Assembly (NCBI GenBank): GCA_050949405.1
Contig: JBMNFQ010000001.1
Location: 2,410,727 to 2,474,726 of the forward strand
Origin: Limisphaerales bacterium
GTDB taxonomy: Bacteria; Verrucomicrobiota; Verrucomicrobiia; Limisphaerales; UBA1412
Length of the DNA: 64,000 bases
Direction of reading: 5' to 3'
The notes below the pieces were generated by a model. It ran no database searches and was not told the origin of the DNA. It saw only the letters and a program-made list of their open reading frames with translations. Positions 1 through 7,501 of this stretch are shown in pieces. The position numbers and the translations under genes are program-made. Numbering within the stretch: the stretch's first letter is position 1; every line of letters starts with the position of its first letter.

Positions 1-2
1 TC

Positions 3-446
3 GAAATGATGATTGGTCACGCCAACCGGCAATTGCAGAAAATGACCGACCGCTACTTGCTGGCCCGAGACGATGCTCAGCCCCTTGAGCTCAACGTGGT
101 CGACAACTATCAGGCTGGAGAGATTCGGTCCACGAAGAATCTTTCCGGCGGCGAGAGCTTCATCGTCAGCCTGTCCCTGGCGCTTGGGTTGTCCCATATG
201 GCCAGCAAGAATGTCCGGGTGGATTCGCTGTTTCTGGATGAAGGCTTCGGCACCCTGGACGAGGAAGCCCTCGACACCGCCCTGGAAACCCTCGCGGGCC
301 TGCAGCAGGACGGCAAGCTGATCGGCGTCATTTCACACGTGCCCGCCTTAAAGGAGCGGATCAGCACGCAAATCCAGGTAACGCCTCAAACCGGTGGCAG
401 AAGCCTGATATCCGGGCCTGGATGCGGCAGCGTTGTCCCAGTTTAG
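3..446 (+). CDS. sbcC: SbcC-like SMC/Rad50 ATPase, C-terminal part (5' truncated by window edge)
   Basis: ABC signature LSGGESF, Walker B LFLDEGFG, D-loop GTLD and GVISH H-loop, typical of the SbcC C-terminus; frame is open to the window start. Confidence 0.88.
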   Translation, partial: EMMIGHANRQLQKMTDRYLLARDDAQPLELNVVDNYQAGEIRSTKNLSGGESFIVSLSLALGLSHMASKNVRVDSLFLDEGFGTLDEEALDTALETLAGLQQDGKLIGVISHVPALKERISTQIQVTPQTGGRSLISGPGCGSVVPV

Positions 447-490
447 CGGAGCTGGAATTTCGAGAAGATGGTGAATAACAAGGAGACAAG

Positions 491-2074
491 ATGAGCAAGA
501 AAATCAGTGGTGCCGAATATCCTCTCTCGAAAATATTCAGCTCCGACTTTGATTATGTCATACCGTCGTATCAGAGGCCGTATGCGTGGACAGTGGACCA
601 GGCGTCCGAGCTGTTTGACGACCTATATGATTTTTACCTCCGCGAGAAGGAAGACACTTATTTCCTCGGCAGCATTGTTCTGATCAAAGAAGAAGGAAAG
701 CCTTACTCTGAGGTCATTGATGGTCAGCAGAGATTAACGACGCTGACAATTCTCCTCTCATCGATAACGTCAAATCTTTCGGGCGATCTGAGGAGTGACT
801 TCGAGAACTACATAAGGGAGCCAGGACGTGCCTCCCAGGGACTGAAGCCTAAACCGAGGCTTTCTCTCCGAGAAAGAGACCGTGAGTTTTTTACGAAACA
901 CGTTCAGTCTCTTGATTTTGATACCCTGCTCGGCCTTGATCCTGCTGGTCTCGACAACGAATCTCAGAAGAATATTCAGTCGAACAGTCGCCTGTTGCTG
1001 GACAGACTAAAAAATACCTTCGGCAGTGACGCCGACAAGCTATGTGCTTTTGGCGCGTTTCTGGTTCAACGGTGCTTTTTGGTGGCGGTTTCAACGCCAA
1101 GCCAGCAATCCGCCTTCAGGGTGTTCTCAGTGCTGAACAACCGAGGCCTAGATTTGCTCCCTTCCGATATTGTTAAGGCTGATGTTATTGGGCGAATTGC
1201 CCCGGCGCGTCAGGATGAGTTCACTGAAAAATGGGAGGAACTCGAAGTTCAAACCGGCAGGAATGGTTTCAATGACCTGTTTGGACACATCCGGATGATT
1301 TATGCTCGGGAAAAGGCCAAGCGTGCGCTACTTGAGGAGTTCAAGGAGCATGTGCTGAGCGTGGTTGCCACGCCGGAAGACCTGATTGAAAAAGTCCTGG
1401 AGCCCTACGCCGATTCATACCTCATCGCAAAATCACAGCAATATGTGTCCACGAAAAATGCTGAGGACGTGAATCGTCTTCTGAAATGGCTGAATCGCAT
1501 CGATAACTCCGATTGGCTGCCGCCAGCGATCCTCTTCCTTTCACAGGAGAAAGATCACCCGGAATACGTTTTGTGGTTCTTTACAAAGTTGGAGCGCCTG
1601 GCGGCCTATCTGCACATCTGCGCAAAAAACGTGAATCAACGCATCGAACGTTATGCAGAGGTTATTGCTTCCCTGCAAGCGCCGCATTCAAAGGATGCAC
1701 CTGCTGTCAGCGTCGAACTGACCAAGGCTGAAATCGATGAGATGAAACAAGCCCTTGATGGCAAGATCTATGAGTTGACGGCTCGCCGCCGCAATTACCT
1801 TATCCTGCGCTTGGATTCATTCCTGTCAGATGGAGCCGCAACCTATGATCCAACCCTACTGACTATCGAGCACGTTCTCCCGCAAACCGTCAGCGACGGG
1901 AGCGAATGGGCGAAGTTATGGCCCGATCCAGACGGGCGGAAGAACTCAAAGAGATTGCCTGGGATCTCGTGGTTATTGATGAAGCCCACAAGCTTCGTAA
2001 TGCCTACCGGGAAAGCAACCGGCTGGGCCAGCGTATCCGTTGGGCAACAGAAGATCGCAAAAAGCTGCTTCTGA
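491..2074 (+). CDS. DUF262 + DUF1524 (GmrSD/SspE-like) restriction-type protein; native C-terminus lost after ~1930
   Basis: IPSYQRPYAW, YFLGSIVL, VIDGQQRLTT, FSVLNNRG (DUF262) and TIEHVLPQ (start of the DUF1524 HNH motif). After WAKLWPDP the expected GNLxLL..N half is absent and the frame runs through out-of-frame SNF2 sequence. Confidence 0.85.
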   Translation: MSKKISGAEYPLSKIFSSDFDYVIPSYQRPYAWTVDQASELFDDLYDFYLREKEDTYFLGSIVLIKEEGKPYSEVIDGQQRLTTLTILLSSITSNLSGDLRSDFENYIREPGRASQGLKPKPRLSLRERDREFFTKHVQSLDFDTLLGLDPAGLDNESQKNIQSNSRLLLDRLKNTFGSDADKLCAFGAFLVQRCFLVAVSTPSQQSAFRVFSVLNNRGLDLLPSDIVKADVIGRIAPARQDEFTEKWEELEVQTGRNGFNDLFGHIRMIYAREKAKRALLEEFKEHVLSVVATPEDLIEKVLEPYADSYLIAKSQQYVSTKNAEDVNRLLKWLNRIDNSDWLPPAILFLSQEKDHPEYVLWFFTKLERLAAYLHICAKNVNQRIERYAEVIASLQAPHSKDAPAVSVELTKAEIDEMKQALDGKIYELTARRRNYLILRLDSFLSDGAATYDPTLLTIEHVLPQTVSDGSEWAKLWPDPDGRKNSKRLPGISWLLMKPTSFVMPTGKATGWASVSVGQQKIAKSCF

Positions 2075-2256
2075 CGGCGACGCCGCTGCAAAACTCCCTG
2101 CTCGAACTCTATGGCCTTTCGACCCTGATCGATGACCGGCTGTTTGGTGACTTGGCATCTTTCAGAACGCAGTACATCAACTCTGGCGGTGATATTTCCG
2201 GCCTGCGGGAACGCCTGGGCGCATTCTGCTGGCGTTCGCTCCGTAGTCAACCATAA
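1927..2256 (+). pseudogene. Internal fragment of an SNF2-family helicase
   Basis: WDLVVIDEAHKLRN (motif II) and KKLLLTATPLQNSLLELYGL (motif III); no Walker A upstream and no helicase-C domain downstream. Confidence 0.85.
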
Positions 2257-2386
2257 TAGAAAAAACGCCTAAAATTATGTTGTTTCTTGTCTAAAATTGT
2301 CAGACTATACTTTCTTCATTATCAGATAGATATAAAGAAAATGGAAGAATTTGAAAGAGCGTGTCTTTTCTTGTCAATCTTTCTAT

Positions 2387-2424
2387 GGGTGGGGTGCGTA
2401 GGTGGGGTGCATGGGGGGTGTTCA
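2387..2424 (+). repeat. G-rich direct repeat, copy near left end (putative integrase arm-type sites)
   Basis: GGGTGGGGTGCGTAGGTGGGGTGCATGGGGGGTGTTCA; 35/38 identical to 9415-9452; contains GGTGGGGTGC twice, 13 bp apart. Confidence 0.8.
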
Positions 2425-2878
2425 AATTGAAAAGCGTTTTAAAGAGACTCTCAGAAAAGCTTGCCACTCCGTTGTGTCAGAAGCCCGTAGAATCGTTTCT
2501 GGCGCGTTTTGATTGTTCGGCCGGTATGGGAAGACCTGCCAGAAAAGGAATGATGCACTCCGAATTGTCCACTCACTAACTTGGCCGCGGCTTTGCCTCT
2601 TCTCGCCCTCCCACGGTAGAGACGTTACCTTGCCAGCTACCCTCCCCCCATAGGGAACCTCTTGGCTCAAAACTTCTATATGCCGGTACCCAAACACGCC
2701 AGATTCCGCCCACTCATGACTTTTTTTTGATGGCCGAATACACTCTAGTGCATCCGGTGTTGCCATCTGCCAGAAAAAATTTGGAAACACTTTTTTGGCC
2801 CCTCGTTTGAGAAGAACGGCCCTCTGGCAATCGGAACCTGCTACGGGGGGTCCCTAAAAAGATTCCTTATAGGGGGGG

Positions 2879-3068
2879 CTTCAAAACTCTCGCGCGCGCG
2901 CGCGCGGGGGGACTTTTGAAGTTATGAAGTTTTATAGGATAAGTATATATATATCAATTACTTATAACCTTCAAAACTAGTTTTGGAGGTTTTGAAGGTA
3001 TAGAGGTCAAACCTTCAAAACCCCCCTTACCTTCAAAACCTTCAAAACTCTCTGGGGTGTTTTGAAAG
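2879..3068. repeat. Putative replication origin: CTTCAAAA(C) iterons in both orientations, (CG)8 tract, TA run and IHF box
   Basis: Motif copies at about 2879, 2914(rc), 2968, 2979(rc, 1 mismatch), 2989(rc), 3011, 3029, 3038, 3059(rc, degenerate). (CG)8 at 2891-2906, TA run at 2944-2954, TATCAATTACTTA at 2952-2964. Lies directly downstream of the helicase gene. Confidence 0.72.
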
Positions 3069-3086
3069 TCAGTGAGTCTTCCCCGG

Positions 3087-4196
3087 CTACACATTTTCAT
3101 TGGGTGTGAATTTTCGTCTGTATTTTCCATCTTCGCTTACCAGCTCCCCGCTGTCCCTCAGCTCCCGGAGGAGTCTCTCCGCGGTTGTCTGGCTCATGTT
3201 GTATTTTTTGCGGCACATATCAATAATTTCAGCGGTATCAAACTCCTTTTTTAAGTCCGGGAAGAGGGATAGAACCTTTTCTTCCGTGTATACTTTTGGC
3301 CTGCCTCCGGTGCCGCCGCCGCCCTTTTTGTATGCTGTTGGGTCTTCATCCGGAGCCAGCTTCAAGAGAGGATAATCCTCTAAGCTCCAAACTTCATCTT
3401 CCGGGATAGTTTCGCCCCGGAGTGTGTATGTAGCAATTACATGTTTATTCTTCTCATGCGGCTTCAGTAATATATAGGTCTCAGCGATTCTTCCGACTGT
3501 ACCACTTCCAGATATTCCCTCTTGCGCTGTTCTACCGGAAATATCTCCCTTGGGAGCATGAGCGGTGACAATTATTGTGCGGCCAGTATCTCCGGCTAGG
3601 TTTCTAACGTCTCTAGCCAGCCTGCCCATCTCTTTGCTATTGTTTTCATCTATTGCTTCCGCCAGATAATAGAAGGGGTCAATGATAATAACGTCATAGT
3701 AATCGAGCGGTCTGCCTGTCTGTCCTTTCAGATTGTCATTCTGAAGGATTTCAGTCACTACTTCCAAATTGGTCTTGTTTCCGTCAAGTGTGTGTTTCAA
3801 CATTTGACTTCTGTACACAAAGCCAAGCTTATCTCCCGGATTCACATTCCAGCCGCGCATACAATTCTTTACTCTCCTTTTAACGGTCAAGTCCTTATCC
3901 TCCAAGGAAATCAATAACACATTACACGGTTTGCATGGGCGGCCAGCAAACGGGATCCCAGTGGACAAGGCAACTGCCATATTTATTATGCAGGTGCTTT
4001 TCCCGCTCTTGCTTTTGCCGGTAAAGAAAAACAAGTCATTTTTCTCGAGAATTCCATCTATTATATAATCTGGCTCTGGTATCTTTTCTTCTCGTAAATC
4101 TTCTGCCGTTTGGATTCGGATTTCTGATTCACTAGGGAGCCCCTGCAAACCCTCTGCAAGCTTTTCCGCTACCGTTTTTTCGATTGTTTCGCTCAT
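3087..4196 (-). CDS. AAA_25 / RecA-fold SF4 (RSF1010 RepA-like) replicative helicase with a probable C-terminal winged helix
   Basis: Walker A GKSKSGKS, LLISLED, Walker B VIIIDP, IVTAH..K, ISGSG; ATGA overlap with the upstream primase gene. Confidence 0.85.
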   Translation of the reverse strand: MSETIEKTVAEKLAEGLQGLPSESEIRIQTAEDLREEKIPEPDYIIDGILEKNDLFFFTGKSKSGKSTCIINMAVALSTGIPFAGRPCKPCNVLLISLEDKDLTVKRRVKNCMRGWNVNPGDKLGFVYRSQMLKHTLDGNKTNLEVVTEILQNDNLKGQTGRPLDYYDVIIIDPFYYLAEAIDENNSKEMGRLARDVRNLAGDTGRTIIVTAHAPKGDISGRTAQEGISGSGTVGRIAETYILLKPHEKNKHVIATYTLRGETIPEDEVWSLEDYPLLKLAPDEDPTAYKKGGGGTGGRPKVYTEEKVLSLFPDLKKEFDTAEIIDMCRKKYNMSQTTAERLLRELRDSGELVSEDGKYRRKFTPNENV

Positions 4197-5332
4197 TCCG
4201 CGCCTCCTTCCGGCAATTGAATTTCAGGGAAGGGCTCAGCATCTTCAGCCAGTTGGGCAACCGCTCTGGCCGCCTCCATCCTCGCCAGAACCGCGGCTCT
4301 GGTTTCTCTTAGCGGCATTTTAAGAATGGAGGTATAGGACGGATCCGGATTCAGGTATAGGAGCCGTTGTTCTTTGCCCGTGCTCCCCCGAAGGCAGCCC
4401 GGAAGCCTGCAGGTTTGCTGAATTTGAAACATAGCCGGGTCAGCTCCATAGGGTTTAAGTTTTTCCTTCAATATTTCAGCACACTTTTTCCACTCTGCCA
4501 AAGTGGAAACCTTCACTTTAACGAGAGTATGGACAGACTTCCCGCCCGTCTCAAAGATTGCGGCAATGGGTATAGGAAGCGTTACTATAAACTTCAGCCA
4601 GTCAGCGGGCCTCACTGTATCGGATTCAAAGGCTATGTATTTGAAGGAAGAAACCGCCTCTTTGCATCGGTATGAAAGCCCACCATTCTGATTCTTCATC
4701 CGCTGGCCTGTGATAGGGTTGGGTAAGTACCAAACGCCTTCGGAATTCTCAATTGAGATTCTCTGAAGCGTCTCCAAGGTCTCACGGCTTCCGGCCTTCA
4801 GGATATGGCCCTCTTTGCTTCTCAGCTTAGTGGTAACGAAAAGCTTTTCCCCCGGCTCATACAAACGGGCCAGAAAAGAAGCCGCGGATTGAGAATCTGG
4901 CACAATGGGGGAATGCCACCATAGCCAGTCAAAAGTAATTTTTTGCATCACGTCTTTAATCACTTCTGACAGTAAATGATACCCGTTTTGGCTTGATTTA
5001 TTGGTCGGTTGCTTGTATGGTTTCTTTGTGTTTTGAGTGTATTTAGCGCCTCCCGTGAGGGCGGCGCTGTCTACTATTCTCAAGACATCCTGGACTTTGT
5101 GTTCAGTCTCCAAGGGAGTGAACCGCGGCTGGCAGCGTGCTTCATTCACCATTTCAGCCCATTCCCTTATTCTTTCGGGGAACCGCTGGGCACATGCAAG
5201 CAGGGCATTGAAAAAGCTCTTCTCGCCTTCCCCATTCGTTCCTTCCTGGCAAGGGAGAATATATTGAAGTTTCCAGCCTGCCCACTCTTCAAAAGTTTCA
5301 TCCTTGAAGCTATTCATTATGAATTTTTTCAT
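4193..5332 (-). CDS. AEP-type DNA primase (RepB'-primase-like) with an N-terminal helical PriCT-like region; alternative GTG start at 5410
   Basis: FESD acidic motif, TGGKSVH motif, DP..Q..RLPG..R motif; GGAG at 5344-5347 upstream of ATG 5332. Confidence 0.72.
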   Translation of the reverse strand: MKKFIMNSFKDETFEEWAGWKLQYILPCQEGTNGEGEKSFFNALLACAQRFPERIREWAEMVNEARCQPRFTPLETEHKVQDVLRIVDSAALTGGAKYTQNTKKPYKQPTNKSSQNGYHLLSEVIKDVMQKITFDWLWWHSPIVPDSQSAASFLARLYEPGEKLFVTTKLRSKEGHILKAGSRETLETLQRISIENSEGVWYLPNPITGQRMKNQNGGLSYRCKEAVSSFKYIAFESDTVRPADWLKFIVTLPIPIAAIFETGGKSVHTLVKVKVSTLAEWKKCAEILKEKLKPYGADPAMFQIQQTCRLPGCLRGSTGKEQRLLYLNPDPSYTSILKMPLRETRAAVLARMEAARAVAQLAEDAEPFPEIQLPEGGAE

Positions 5333-5400
5333 ATTCTTTTTGTCTCCTTTCTCCGAAGCGGCCCCCCGGGGGCAATGGGGAGCCGCATTCAGAATCTTGT

Positions 5401-5766
5401 TTATTGACACACGGCCTCTCTGGTATCTGAAGAAAGAAACCGCAAGAGCTCAGCTTTGCTTACTCTTATATGCCCCCACTTGCCATTCGGTTGAAAAACC
5501 TTCAGCCGCCCGGCCTGGCTGGCGCGCTGTAGGGTCCGGATGGATAAGCGGCAAACCTCAGCCGCCTCCGATAAGGTCAGGAAGATGAATTCATCCTCAC
5601 TGACTGCTTTGGGTGGGGTGAGTGCTGTTTCACCTTTTGCCAGTAAGTTGTAAATCTTCTCTTTCGTTTCGAGATTGGAGTTTACAAGCATGTTCACTAT
5701 GGAGCCGATTTCAGGGCTCTGGGCACTTTGGCCGCCTTGTTTTGTATCTATGTTTATTGTCTGCAT
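5401..5766 (-). CDS. Excisionase/AlpA-like helix-turn-helix protein (HTH_17-type)
   Basis: FLTLSEAAEVCRLSIRTLQR...GRL......IRVSKAELLRFL; located between int and primase. Confidence 0.8.
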   Translation of the reverse strand: MQTINIDTKQGGQSAQSPEIGSIVNMLVNSNLETKEKIYNLLAKGETALTPPKAVSEDEFIFLTLSEAAEVCRLSIRTLQRASQAGRLKVFQPNGKWGHIRVSKAELLRFLSSDTREAVCQ

Positions 5767-5855
5767 ATAATATACTATTTCTGGTCTTTTTTCGGCGCTC
5801 TATGTTGCGCCTTGGCCTATATGCTATGCGATAAACAACGTTATTACCTAAGTGT

Positions 5856-5885
5856 ATAAACGGGCATAAACGGGCATAAACGGGC
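5856..5885 (+). promoter_or_regulatory. Three perfect tandem 10-bp repeats ATAAACGGGC upstream of the xis-primase-helicase operon (putative operator)
   Basis: ATAAACGGGC x3 read directly; period of about one helical turn; 90-120 bp upstream of the xis start. Confidence 0.55.
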
Positions 5886-5913
5886 CTGCTTTTTCTCGGC
5901 TGGTTTTAGAGAC

Positions 5914-5941
5914 AAAAAAAGCCCCATCGGTCGGATGAGGC
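5914..5941 (-). terminator. Intrinsic terminator after the 496-aa ORF
   Basis: Minus strand GCCTCATC-CGACC-GATGGGGC followed by T7. Confidence 0.75.
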
Positions 5942-5966
5942 TCATAAAAAAGGGGGGCTGAATCTG

Positions 5967-7457
5967 CTATTTCCTGTCTGGCTTTTTCTTCCGGCTTGCC
6001 GCGGTCGGTTTTCGTTTTGCCTTTGCCGCCGCAGCCTTCTCCTTACGTCTCTTTTCATCCGCCGCAGCCCTCACATTTTTAATGTTTTTTCCGCCTTCCC
6101 TTAGTTCAGCTAAGGTTTTATTTAATGGATATTTCCCTGTGCCAGCGTCGGGTTTTCGGTTTATCAAATAGAGCTTTTCACGTAGAGTTCTTTCATTACA
6201 TCCGTATTCTTTAGCAAGGTCTTTTAGTGTTACATATTTTTCCTCTTCCTTAGGCTCCACCTTGTCTCGTACTACTTGTATCTCTTGTATTATCTCTTTC
6301 CCCTGAGCTCGTATTACATTTCCTCCTTCCCGGAGCACCTCCTCTGTAGCGGACTTTATATCGTCGCGAGTGAGTTCACATTTTTCTCCTTTTCTTGCCA
6401 ACGGTTGGTTAAATTGAAAATATCGAATTAAGTCCCCATAATCATCCCAACAAAACTGGCGTTTCGTTTTCGTAACCTCTACTTCGAGTTTAAATTTGAA
6501 TTGCTCATTTGTGCCCCCATCTAGTTTAAAGGTATCCAATATCCCCTCGACTCCTAGCGGATAGCCTCCAGCCACACTAGATGTTAGGGTCTTGCCTGTC
6601 GCCTTGTCCTTAATCACCAAAGAAAAGTTCACATTATTTTCATTATCATGCGCATCACTCTCTGCTTTTTTTTCGTTATTTTTCGAAATCTTTAAATGAA
6701 TGATAGAATCTTTATCCTTAGCCAAATAAGCCCGGAAAAATTGAATATTATGCAAGGAGGAATCACTAGACGAGCGTATCTTCTCAAGATGCTTGCAAAC
6801 AAAGTCCACAATCTTAAATTTATTTGAATCTGAACCAGCCCAATCCAATAGACTTTTTCTTGTTCCCTCGTCATTCGTATCCCCGTACTTCTTGCCCCAA
6901 TCATATATCTTATCGAATAATTGTTTTTTCTCTGCATTGAATTCCTCAATTTTAGAGTCTATGTAGCAACTTTCTTTTAATTCCCGGATTGTGTACAATA
7001 ACCCATTTCTTTTTAGAAAATCACGATAGTTTTCATCGGGTTCCCAAATAAAAGAGCTGAAGTCATCCAAGACTTTATCTAGCTGGGCAATCACCTCCTT
7101 GACATACTTCTGCGGGATATTGATTGCATCGGGTTCCAACCTCGAATCAATCTCATTCAACATTGATTGCACCCTCCAGTTATCCTCATCTATTGCATGC
7201 GCTTTATCATGATGTGCTTTCCGCTGTGGACTGTCTTTCTCTAGCGGTTTTTCGCATTTCTCAAGCAGGTGGAACCTTTGAGAGTAGATTTCTCCACTTT
7301 TCTTTTGGAGCCCGGCACATGTCTCACGATATTTGTTCTTTGTATTTTCAGGAATCGCTACCTCCCTATCAATACAATCGCGAATGTTCTTTAATATCAG
7401 AGAAGCCTCGTTCTCTATTTGTGCGAATTCATTTTCCAGTTCACTTTGTGTTTTCAT
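5967..7457 (-). CDS. Hypothetical protein, 496 aa, Lys/Glu-rich, with C-terminal HTH-like motif and basic tail
   Basis: Long ORF with GGAG/AAGG upstream of the ATG and its own terminator; VTLKDLAKEYGCNERTLREKL resembles an HTH; no other family recognised. Confidence 0.75.
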   Translation of the reverse strand: MKTQSELENEFAQIENEASLILKNIRDCIDREVAIPENTKNKYRETCAGLQKKSGEIYSQRFHLLEKCEKPLEKDSPQRKAHHDKAHAIDEDNWRVQSMLNEIDSRLEPDAINIPQKYVKEVIAQLDKVLDDFSSFIWEPDENYRDFLKRNGLLYTIRELKESCYIDSKIEEFNAEKKQLFDKIYDWGKKYGDTNDEGTRKSLLDWAGSDSNKFKIVDFVCKHLEKIRSSSDSSLHNIQFFRAYLAKDKDSIIHLKISKNNEKKAESDAHDNENNVNFSLVIKDKATGKTLTSSVAGGYPLGVEGILDTFKLDGGTNEQFKFKLEVEVTKTKRQFCWDDYGDLIRYFQFNQPLARKGEKCELTRDDIKSATEEVLREGGNVIRAQGKEIIQEIQVVRDKVEPKEEEKYVTLKDLAKEYGCNERTLREKLYLINRKPDAGTGKYPLNKTLAELREGGKNIKNVRAAADEKRRKEKAAAAKAKRKPTAASRKKKPDRK

Positions 7458-7501
7458 CCTTCATCTCCATATACTTTTCCTTTCAGTATTTCTTTTGCGG
7501 T

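Noticed and set aside
2685-2691. GGTACCC as an attR copy of the tRNA-Lys 3' end
   Set aside because: Only 7 bp match, flanks diverge at once, and it lies inside the arm repeat rather than outside it
2361-2790. ORFs 2361-2579(+) and 2422-2790(-) as genes
   Set aside because: Non-ATG starts, no motifs, and they overlap the arm repeat; cannot be supported, though the 122-aa ORF is not strictly excluded
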